Source: Anaerolineales bacterium (GTDB taxonomy: Bacteria; Chloroflexota; Anaerolineae; Anaerolineales; UBA4823). Taken from it: a stretch of 64,000 nt of DNA. The translations under genes and the position numbers were made by a program. This document shows positions 37,920 through 46,239 of this stretch, in pieces (position 1 is the first letter of the stretch; each line of letters begins with the position of its first letter). The DNA lies in assembly GCA_003105035.1 (NCBI GenBank), contig PQAL01000042.1, forward strand, positions 39,013 through 103,012. The letters run 5' to 3'. Under the pieces are notes generated by a model. The model saw only the letters and a list, made by a program, of their open reading frames with translations, was not told where the DNA came from and made no database searches.

Positions 37920-39512
37920 ATGAAGACGAATAAAAGACTTTCTTTTGTGTTCCTGGCTCTCTGCCCACTTCTGACCGCTATCATCTTTCTCCTGGTGATT
38001 TCCGGAGTCGCCCGGGCCGATGTAGGTGTGCACCCCGTGCTCCCTGGTGGCAGCAGCCTCCAGCCTGAAGGAGATACCCCTGTTCAGATGGAGGCGGAGA
38101 TCGTCGCGCTGACGGTGCGCCTGGCCACTCCGGACGATAATGCCATCCTGCAGCTGAACCCGCAGGCTTATGGGCTGGACCTGTACCCCGTCTGGTACCC
38201 GCTGGTTGCCGAGGTCCAGGCAAATTTCAGCATGCTTAACCCCACCACCAGCACCATCGAGCTCACCACCTGGTTCCCCCTGGCTTCCGCCCTGGAAGGC
38301 GTTGATTGGGAGCTCAACCCTGACGAGAGCGTGCCGCGCATCGCCAGCTTCCAGGTGGCCGTGAACGGTAGCCCTGAGGATTTCTCGGTGGCCGAGCTGC
38401 CCAACCCAAAAGGGGCTGATAAACCCGACCTGCCGTGGGCCAGCTTCCCCGTCGCCTATGCTCCCGGTGAGGCCACGCAGATTCGGGTCAGCTACCTGGT
38501 GCCGCTCACCCAGGCCATTAAAAGCAGCGAGTATGCCCTGTACTATGTCTTCCAGACTGGGGCGGGTTGGGACGGACCCATCCACAAGGCCGAGCTGGTG
38601 CTGGACCTGCCTTACCCCGCTTCAGAAGCCACCCTGCAGCGCGTAAATCCCCAGAAGCTGAGCATCCCCTACCCCATGTCTTACCCCGGGTCAGTCATCC
38701 CATCTCAGGCAGTGACGCAAGGCAACCAGGCGCGCTGGACCTGGACGGATTTTGAGCCCACCCCCCAGGATGATTTTGCGGTGTGGCTGGTTGACCCCGC
38801 GCTGTGGAATGAGCTTGAGGTAGCTCAATCCGCCGTGCAGGCTGACCCGCAGGATGGGCAGGCCTGGCTGGAGCTGGCAGGCATTTATCATTCTCTAGCC
38901 ACCCGTTGGCTCTACCGCCCATCAATCTTCAGCCAGAGCTACCTGCCCGCAGGCCTGGAAGCGTATCAGACGGCCTCCCAGCTTTTACCAGAGCATCCCA
39001 CCCCTCATATTGGTCTGGCGTTGCTCAGCCTCTCCCAATACGTGGCAGAGGCCAACGCCCCCGCCGAGATGATGCAGTTTTTCTATGATCAGATGCAAAT
39101 CGCCCGTGAACTGGAAGCCCAAAACCCTAGCCTGGCAGAAGAGGGTGGCTTGCCCAGCCGGATCGGCGATGATGCCCTGAGCTATTACTTTAACTCGATC
39201 ACCGCCACAGCTAATTTCGCGGCTTCCAGCACCGCCGAAGCCAAACAAACCCAGGCAGCCGCGATCACCTTTACCCCTACACAGACCTCCACTCCTCAGC
39301 CCAGCGTTACACCTTCCCCGCTCTCGTCCCCTTCTCTTTCTCCGCTGCCCCCCAGCCCTTCACCTTCCGCTGTGGTCCAGCCAGAGACAGCCGATTTCCT
39401 CGGCCGGGGGCTGTCGACCATCATCATCCTGGGGGCTGCTTGCTCGATTCTTATAATCCTCCTGGTGGTAACCCTGGCTGTCTTTTCCAGAAGAAGTCAC
39501 ACGCGGGCATAG
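37920..39512 (+). CDS. cell-surface protein with N-terminal signal/anchor, TPR-like region, Pro/Ser linker and C-terminal TM anchor
   Basis: ATG 37920 follows AGGAGG. C-terminus reads ...PSPSPSAVVQPE...STIIILGAACSILIILLVVTLAVFSRRSHTRA. I recognise no family. Confidence 0.55.
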   Translation: MKTNKRLSFVFLALCPLLTAIIFLLVISGVARADVGVHPVLPGGSSLQPEGDTPVQMEAEIVALTVRLATPDDNAILQLNPQAYGLDLYPVWYPLVAEVQANFSMLNPTTSTIELTTWFPLASALEGVDWELNPDESVPRIASFQVAVNGSPEDFSVAELPNPKGADKPDLPWASFPVAYAPGEATQIRVSYLVPLTQAIKSSEYALYYVFQTGAGWDGPIHKAELVLDLPYPASEATLQRVNPQKLSIPYPMSYPGSVIPSQAVTQGNQARWTWTDFEPTPQDDFAVWLVDPALWNELEVAQSAVQADPQDGQAWLELAGIYHSLATRWLYRPSIFSQSYLPAGLEAYQTASQLLPEHPTPHIGLALLSLSQYVAEANAPAEMMQFFYDQMQIARELEAQNPSLAEEGGLPSRIGDDALSYYFNSITATANFAASSTAEAKQTQAAAITFTPTQTSTPQPSVTPSPLSSPSLSPLPPSPSPSAVVQPETADFLGRGLSTIIILGAACSILIILLVVTLAVFSRRSHTRA

Positions 39513-39620
39513 CCTCCGCTTGCCTCAGCGAAAACACTGCTTAAGCGCCTTATTTTCAAGCGTGTGGCCTGGTTTATCAACATGGGCGTGCCTTGTGATC
39601 TTTTATTGGTGAGCTGATCC

Positions 39621-39660
39621 CCAAAAAAACTCCCCCGGGGTGGTCCTCCAGCCGGGGGAG
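39621..39660 (-). terminator. rho-independent terminator for the PadR operon
   Basis: 9-bp GC stem (ctcccccgg / ccgggggag) with a 13-nt loop. On the minus strand it is followed by a T7 run (a-run 39623-39629). It lies about 95 nt after the stop at 39756. Confidence 0.6.
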
Positions 39661-39755
39661 AGTATGAAGGGTAAAGCGCTGATGGTTTCCTGGTTGAATT
39701 TTTTAGGGGTTTACTTCCCCCGGTGAAAAGTTCCCTCCTGATATCCGACCGATTC

Positions 39756-40322
39756 CTACAACTTTGCGTGCCTGAGCTGGTTGATTCGGCGCAACAATTG
39801 GATGACAACTACCACGTAAATCGGTATCAGGATCATATAGCACAGCTTGGCGAATAAGTAAAAAGCGTTGACAATTTCCAGAGTACCTGATGATGACAAT
39901 GGTTGCTTCGGAAAAACCCTAAATGCAATGAACACCAAAAAAAACAGGAAGAAGGCCATATAACCGAGCAGGCGCTGGTATTTACGGATCTTCGATTCAC
40001 GGTCAGTGAATATCTCCGAGGCGTTATTGTTACTGTTAAAGGTACGCCAGTATCGCCAGTTAGACATCTCACCAATATACTGCCATCCTGCATCAGTAAA
40101 GATCTGCTGGTATTCCTGGATTTTATCCGCCCGATTGAGAGGCATATAGTCTAATCGGTAGGTATACCGCCGGGGTTCGCCTCGCTCGAACGTGTATATG
40201 CAGGGCAGATGCACTGAATTGAGATGCAGGCCTTCCGATGACATCTCCTCCAGCCAGGTTTCTTCTTTTTCATCTTGCCATGGCCAGAACCATTTGGTCC
40301 GTTTGATTGTTAATGCGTCCAT
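39756..40322 (-). CDS. DUF2812-like membrane protein (PadR-associated)
   Basis: 188 aa. N-terminal WFWPWQDEKEETWLEEMSSEGLHL motif, two C-terminal TM helices, and a position directly downstream of PadR. Confidence 0.6.
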   Translation of the reverse strand: MDALTIKRTKWFWPWQDEKEETWLEEMSSEGLHLNSVHLPCIYTFERGEPRRYTYRLDYMPLNRADKIQEYQQIFTDAGWQYIGEMSNWRYWRTFNSNNNASEIFTDRESKIRKYQRLLGYMAFFLFFLVFIAFRVFPKQPLSSSGTLEIVNAFYLFAKLCYMILIPIYVVVVIQLLRRINQLRHAKL

Positions 40323-40342
40323 CTTTCCTCCTTTTATTTGCC

Positions 40343-40660
40343 TTATTCCAACACGGATCCACTGCGGACCATGATTGATAGGCGCTTGACCTGTTGCTTC
40401 AAAATTTCGCGTCCCTTTTCGGTCAGTGCGTAGATCTTTCGACGTTCCTCTTCGCCAATCTTAATAATTAGGGCTTCCTTCTCCAAGGCCTGCAGCGCTC
40501 CATAAAGGGTACCAGGGCCGATTTCTACGCTACCCTCACTGAGACGGTCTACTTTTTGCATAATGCCGTAACCATGCAGGGGTTCAGTAAGCGCTAGCAG
40601 GATGTAATAGGTGCTTTCTGTCAGGGGAATATATTTTTTATAGTTGTAGGGTTTGTCCAT
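40343..40660 (-). CDS. PadR-family transcriptional regulator
   Basis: 105 aa. YILLALTEPLHGYGIMQKV...GPGTLYGALQALEKEALI winged-helix signature. Confidence 0.9.
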   Translation of the reverse strand: MDKPYNYKKYIPLTESTYYILLALTEPLHGYGIMQKVDRLSEGSVEIGPGTLYGALQALEKEALIIKIGEEERRKIYALTEKGREILKQQVKRLSIMVRSGSVLE

Positions 40661-41006
40661 ATCTTGCTCCGGTCAGAATTGTTTATACCGTTAGACGCTA
40701 TAGCGGTTTGTGATATAGCGAGATACGATATAACGTATGCCGATATAATATCATACGGTACTTTGTCTGTCAAGATGTTTTTAATATGAATTTTTGATCT
40801 GGTTGGGAATACCCTGGCTCACGAAGATGCCTGATGGGCCTGATTCAAAAACATACCTGAGTCAGATCTGGGATGGACATATGATTTCTGCGGCTGGTGG
40901 TTCACAGGCACTTGCATGTGAGTTTTTTCTAAATGATTATTCCCAAATTATTAACCTTTCGGTTCAGTATCAATGGGATAATCCTACAGAACAAAGGAGG
41001 AATTAT

Positions 41007-42005
41007 ATGAAACAGCGTAAGATTAATGGTACTTTGGTAGGCGAGATTGGTCTGGGCTGCATGGGCATGAGCCAGTCTTACGGCCCCAGTGATGATAACG
41101 AATCGTTGCGCGTGCTCGATCGTGCCGTGGAGCTGGGCTGTAATTTTTGGGACACGGCCGATGTATACGGTGCGGGTAAAAATGAGCTGCTGGTAGGCAA
41201 GGCCTTGAAAAAGCACCGCCAGTCGGTCTTCCTGGCTACCAAGGTTGGGAATGTATATGACCGCAACCTCACCACCCACCAGGATCAGGTGCAGGCGAAT
41301 GCCGGTTGGATCGTTGATGGCACGCCAGCATATATCCACAAGTGCATCGACCTGAGCTTGCAGCGCCTGGGAGTGGATGTGATCGACCTCTACTATCTTC
41401 ACCGGGTGGACCCGCAGGTCCCCATTGAAGATACGATGGGTGCCATGGCTGACCTGGTGCGTGAAGGCAAAGTTCGCTACCTGGGGCTGAGCGAAGCTTC
41501 TGCCGATACCATTCGGCGTGCAGTCAAGGTCCACACCATCACTGCCCTGCAGTCTGAATATTCACTGTGGACGCGCCACGTGGAAGCAGAGATCCTGCCC
41601 ACCTGCCGTGAGCTGGGCATCGTCTTTGTGCCTTACTCACCCCTTGGGCGTGGTTTCCTGACCGGCACCGTCACCGACATCGATCAACTCAGCGAGAACG
41701 ACTTCCGCCGCCGGAATCCTCGCTTCCAGGGTGAGAACTTCCAGGAGAACCTGAAGATCCTGCCTGTCATCCAGCGCATCGCCGACAGGCAGCATGCCAC
41801 CCCCGCTCAGGTTGCCCTGGCCTGGGTGCTCAAGCAGGGGACCGACCTGATCCCCATCCCTGGCACCAAGCACTTGCGCTACCTTGAAGAAAACCTGGCC
41901 ACGGCAGAGATTACCCTAACTCCTGCTGACCTGGGTGACCTTGATCGCATTCGCCCCCATGGTGAGCGCTATCCGGAGGTCAACCGGGCATACGTGCAAA
42001 AATGA
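41007..42005 (+). CDS. aldo/keto reductase
   Basis: ATG 41007 follows AAGGAGG. GLGCMGMS, WDTADVYG, DLYYLHRVD and LGLSEAS motifs. The track ORF starts at 40794, but its upstream part looks non-coding. Confidence 0.9.
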   Translation: MKQRKINGTLVGEIGLGCMGMSQSYGPSDDNESLRVLDRAVELGCNFWDTADVYGAGKNELLVGKALKKHRQSVFLATKVGNVYDRNLTTHQDQVQANAGWIVDGTPAYIHKCIDLSLQRLGVDVIDLYYLHRVDPQVPIEDTMGAMADLVREGKVRYLGLSEASADTIRRAVKVHTITALQSEYSLWTRHVEAEILPTCRELGIVFVPYSPLGRGFLTGTVTDIDQLSENDFRRRNPRFQGENFQENLKILPVIQRIADRQHATPAQVALAWVLKQGTDLIPIPGTKHLRYLEENLATAEITLTPADLGDLDRIRPHGERYPEVNRAYVQK

Positions 42006-42134
42006 GCCAATGAGCCTCCCATAAATCCCTAAATATAAGGCCGGATATCTTACGATCCGAGAGCTCATCAGTATAGATCCATCGCATTCCAGCTACAGCC
42101 CATTCCGCTCGTTCCCACCGACTTGATGTAAGGT

Positions 42135-42190
42135 CGAAGCATTCGGATGAATTTCGGTATAACTGTATTTCTTCATATCCGAATGCTTCG
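42135..42190. repeat. perfect 14-bp inverted repeat (cgaagcattcggat / atccgaatgcttcg)
   Basis: Arms at 42135-42148 and 42177-42190. The right arm runs into the 18-mer aatgcttcgccccaacca (42182-42199), which recurs at 42901-42918. Confidence 0.8.
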
Positions 42191-42349
42191 CCCCAACCAT
42201 GCGTTTTATGGTTAATATGTTATAAAATTATCGCTGGATCATTTATACGCTCGACCTGTCGGACATCAGATATCGATCACTGACAATGGTATGACATATC
42301 AACAGCTATTTTGCAGTGTATTAACTTCGCTAAAGGAGGCCATCTTCCC

Positions 42350-42733
42350 ATGAGCCCTGTCCGCATGGAACGCCTCGAAGCGGGTGTGCGCACGCTGATC
42401 GCCTTCACCGAGGCCTTCAACCACCGCGACCTGCCCGGTATGCTGGCCCTGGTCAACGAGTCGTGCGTCTTCGAAGACAGCACTCCCGCACCGGATGGCA
42501 AGCGCCTGGTGGGCAAACCGGCACTCGCTCAATACTACCAGGAGCTCTTCGCCCGGTTGCCGCAGTCGCACCTCAAGATCGAAGAATCATTCGGTTTTGG
42601 CTACCATTGCATCCTGCTCTGGCGCCACGACTGGGATGAGCCTGACGGCCGACAGGCTCACCTGCGCGGTGTCGATATCTGCCGCGTGCAGGATGGTTTG
42701 ATCCATGAGAGGCTGTCTTACACGAAAGGGTGA
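42350..42733 (+). CDS. SnoaL/NTF2-like fold protein
   Basis: ATG 42350 follows AAAGGAGG. About 127 aa with an NTF2-like pattern (FNHRDLPGMLALV...FEDS...RGVDICRVQDGLI). Confidence 0.6.
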   Translation: MSPVRMERLEAGVRTLIAFTEAFNHRDLPGMLALVNESCVFEDSTPAPDGKRLVGKPALAQYYQELFARLPQSHLKIEESFGFGYHCILLWRHDWDEPDGRQAHLRGVDICRVQDGLIHERLSYTKG

Positions 42734-42792
42734 AACAGGCTGATCGCCCATCTATAGCAACGTTGAATTTTCATCCTCCGTTCCATCCTGTC

Positions 42793-42886
42793 GTAGGGGC
42801 GGGTCTTTGACGGGTCTTCCGATAATGAAGGGGTCATCACATTTTGTTATCAATATCTCGCTCACTCACTGGTGACCCGCCCCTAC
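42793..42886. repeat. 13-bp perfect inverted repeat (gtaggggcgggtc / gacccgcccctac) flanking 68 nt
   Basis: Arms at 42793-42805 and 42874-42886. The core resembles the gtaggttggggtgac...caacccaacctac element at 57281-57393. Confidence 0.75.
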
Positions 42887-42950
42887 AACTCTCAATCGGA
42901 AATGCTTCGCCCCAACCAAAGTGATACGGGCGTAGGGTTTTTTAAAACAT

Positions 42951-42983
42951 TCGGGCTGCCCACTTTCTTACCGGGCAGCCCGA
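42951..42983 (-). terminator. hairpin terminator 3' of the 899-aa gene
   Basis: 11-bp stem (tcgggctgccc / gggcagcccga) with an 11-nt loop, 12 nt after the stop at 42995. The minus-strand downstream sequence is atgttttaaaaaa. Confidence 0.6.
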
Positions 42984-42994
42984 TTGAAGTTAAT

Positions 42995-45694
42995 TTACTT
43001 TCTCGACCATGGCAAGAAAGCTGGCTCGCCCCACTGATACCTGCTCACTTGCACGTTGTCAATTCGGCCGCCATTGTAGCCGTCCATACCGATGCCTGTG
43101 TCTCGCGCCACGGGTGCACCCGTACAGGTATACACTTGCGTGCCCGTGCCGCCGTTGATCTTGGTCAGCAGGATGGTCACGTTGTTATTCACATCGACCG
43201 AGACGCGGAGATGGGCATTAACAAAGACTCCGGAGAGGCCGAAAAATCCCAACCCGAACGGTGATGCATTATTGTGCTGGTAGCATGCACCAGAGTCGAA
43301 CGTTCCATTTCCATCATTATCCTGGATTTTTACAAATATAAAATCACTTCCAGGATCGTAATTCAGGGTAAAACCGGAATATTGAGTCCCTCCACCTGGG
43401 GTGAGCGAAATGTCGCCTTCCATCACTTTCGCAGTGACGCTATTAAAACTTGTTATGGCCGCGTCGGTTATACCCAGGCTACCAACCGCGATCTGGTTCA
43501 CCACGGTATAGTTCGCTGCCCGGTAGCTCCAGGTTGGGCCTAAGGGGCCGTCCACGTGGTTAAACTGGTCCAGCAGGACGGTGCGGTTAATACGTACATT
43601 ATCCATCTGGCCACCACCGTAGCCCACGATACCCGCCAGATCGCCCTCGGCTACCGGGGCGCCAGCACAGGTATATACCTGGACCCCAGCCCCGCCGTTA
43701 ATCCGTGAGAGCACGATGGTTACCACGCGGGCGGGGTTCACGCTCACGTGCAGGTGGGCGGTAGTGAACGGTGACGAAAGGCTGAAAAATCCTGGACCAA
43801 AAGGACCACCGTTATTACCTATATAACAGCCAAAATGAGTAAATTGGCCGTTACCAACATTATCCTGGGCTTTAAGGAAAAGGTCAGTCACACCGGCTTG
43901 ATAGTTGAGGACGAAACCCGTGTACTGGACACCGCCACCGGGTTTCAAAGAGATATCCCCCTCGATTTCACTGGTCGCCAGGCCATTGTAAGTCGCTAAC
44001 GCCAATACGTTGTATCCTTGGGCTACGCCGTTGACAATAGTAAATTCGCCGTCTCTAATCACCCAGTTGGAGCCAAGGGGACCATTGGCGCGTGAGAAGT
44101 TATCCTCGAAGTTGTTGATGACCTGGAAGTTATCCACCCGCCCCCCGCCGTAGCTGGCCATACCCACACCATACCCCTCCGGGCCAGGCGCAGTATTGCA
44201 AAGATAGTGAGCTGAGTCTGTGCCTCCGTCAATCTTCGTGAGCCAGACACTTACCAGGCGCGTTGCCCCGACGTCGATCTTCATATGTGCGCTGATGAAA
44301 GGTGTGACGTCGCGAAATCCGTCAAACGAACCCGAGTTATTCCCTCTGTAACAACCAAGCTTCTCAAAATTCCCGTTTCCGTCATTATCCTGGAACTTGA
44401 TGAACAGGTTGTCGACGCCTTCGTCATAGTTCAACATCAGGGCAGCGTACTGGAGGCCCCCGCCCGGGGTGAGCGAGATATCAGCTTCCACCCGGTTACT
44501 GCCCAGGCCATTATACAAGGCCACGTTGTTTGCAAAGGTAGAAGACACGGCCTTACTACCCTTAATCATCATGCTCCCCAGGCGCATCCGCCAGTTTGCG
44601 CCAAGTGGTCCATTTTGAATATTAAAATTGTCTTTGCTGACCGGTGTTGCCGGGGAGGTCGACAGGTTATCGATGCGCCCGCCACCATACGATCCGATCC
44701 CGACGCTAGAACCTTCGAAGGCTGGAGCGCCACTGCATACATAGGTCTGGGTGCCTGTGCCGCCATCAATGTGCGATAGCTTTATGGTGACCACCCGGGC
44801 TGCGCTGACCTTGACGCTCAGGTGTGCAGAAGTGAAGGATGAGGACAGGCCAAAAAAACCCAATCCAAATCCGGCGCCATTATTACCAAGGTAACAACCA
44901 CCTGTATCGAAACGACCATCGTGGGAATTATCCTGGATTTTTATGAACAGATTATTCACACCTGCGCCGTAATTCAAAACCAACGCCGAATATTGGACCG
45001 TGGTCCCCTGGGTGGAGATATCCGCTTCCATGTTATTGACCCCGATGCCGCTGTAAACTGCCAGTGCTGTTGTAGTATAGCCAGATGTGGTTTGAGCACG
45101 GTTGCTGGCGATTGAAATGGTACCGTTCACCGGGCTCCAGCTTGCACCCAGGCTGCCATTCGGCCGGTTGAAGTCATCCAGGTTGCCGGGGGTAGAGGCG
45201 GGCAGGTTCACCTCGTCAGGGTTTTGGTAAATCTCCCCTGCAGTGGTTAAGCTTGCGTCCAGGGCTGGATCGAGCACCTCGGGCACTGATAGCAGTGCTT
45301 CGTCCGGGGTGACCGCAAAGGGTATGGCGGCAAGGTCGGGGGCGACAGGCAACGTGCTATCGAGCGAGCCATCCGTTGTTAGTTGTGTGGTAACCGTATA
45401 CACGGCGCCAGGTTCCGCAGACACCTCCGGGATCGCCGGTGGCAGGTATGGCTGCCCATTTTCATCCAGGATGGAATAATCGTGCATATCCTCAGGGCCA
45501 CTGGCGGTCGGCCAGGTCGAGGGGGCTGCATCTTCAATAACCGGAGTTGGACCCGGTTCGGTTAAATCGACCGGGGGTTCATCTCCGGGCGTTTGAGCGC
45601 TGCCCACCGATGATGGCTGGATTGCAAAGGTGAACATGAACAGCAATACGAACGCAATTCGTAGCATCTGAGAAAACTGTGAAGTGCGAGACAT
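42995..45694 (-). CDS. secreted protein with four tandem ~178-aa domains of unknown family
   Basis: 899 aa with a signal peptide. Four units each start D-x-F-[NS]-x-x-[ND]-G-[SP]-L-G-x-x-W and end GGG-[RQ]-[IVM]-DN. Confidence 0.7.
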   Translation of the reverse strand: MSRTSQFSQMLRIAFVLLFMFTFAIQPSSVGSAQTPGDEPPVDLTEPGPTPVIEDAAPSTWPTASGPEDMHDYSILDENGQPYLPPAIPEVSAEPGAVYTVTTQLTTDGSLDSTLPVAPDLAAIPFAVTPDEALLSVPEVLDPALDASLTTAGEIYQNPDEVNLPASTPGNLDDFNRPNGSLGASWSPVNGTISIASNRAQTTSGYTTTALAVYSGIGVNNMEADISTQGTTVQYSALVLNYGAGVNNLFIKIQDNSHDGRFDTGGCYLGNNGAGFGLGFFGLSSSFTSAHLSVKVSAARVVTIKLSHIDGGTGTQTYVCSGAPAFEGSSVGIGSYGGGRIDNLSTSPATPVSKDNFNIQNGPLGANWRMRLGSMMIKGSKAVSSTFANNVALYNGLGSNRVEADISLTPGGGLQYAALMLNYDEGVDNLFIKFQDNDGNGNFEKLGCYRGNNSGSFDGFRDVTPFISAHMKIDVGATRLVSVWLTKIDGGTDSAHYLCNTAPGPEGYGVGMASYGGGRVDNFQVINNFEDNFSRANGPLGSNWVIRDGEFTIVNGVAQGYNVLALATYNGLATSEIEGDISLKPGGGVQYTGFVLNYQAGVTDLFLKAQDNVGNGQFTHFGCYIGNNGGPFGPGFFSLSSPFTTAHLHVSVNPARVVTIVLSRINGGAGVQVYTCAGAPVAEGDLAGIVGYGGGQMDNVRINRTVLLDQFNHVDGPLGPTWSYRAANYTVVNQIAVGSLGITDAAITSFNSVTAKVMEGDISLTPGGGTQYSGFTLNYDPGSDFIFVKIQDNDGNGTFDSGACYQHNNASPFGLGFFGLSGVFVNAHLRVSVDVNNNVTILLTKINGGTGTQVYTCTGAPVARDTGIGMDGYNGGRIDNVQVSRYQWGEPAFLPWSRK

Positions 45695-46239
45695 TAGACC
45701 TCCTTACTCGATTGTTGGTTGAAAAACGGTGTGCTTATCCCATGTGTAAATCATATTAATTATACATTAATTATGAATATTTTTACCAGTGAAATATAGA
45801 ATTTCCCATATTAATTGAATAGAATGCGAATTTCGCAATCCTGTTTGTACCTAATAGAAGTCGCAGATTGGCGTCGCTTAAGCAGCCCTTGGATAACCCG
45901 GGGGTGCTAGATCATTCACGGATGGGTGGGTTTCATCTTTTATTTAGACATATCAAATTTCATATTATGGTACTCCAATTATCTCCCATGCGAATACCTA
46001 TCATTCTCGCTTGACTTTAATCCATAATAATGCTAATTTTATAATGCCTGAGCATAACATAGATAAATTAGTATAGTACTATCTGGTAGTTCATATCTCA
46101 TGGGGAAAAGTGGACTGGACTGGAATGGGAGTATGTTTTTTTGAAAGGAGGGAAAATACCAGGATGGACTGTGTAAGTTCTCCTTCATGTCTCTGATTAA
46201 AATTCACCTCATGTTCTGAGAATATTTGGAGGCACTAAG

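Noticed and set aside
40929-41534. 201-aa minus-strand ORF overlapping the aldo/keto reductase
   Set aside because: It is antisense to a very confident AKR reading frame. It has no RBS and no motif.
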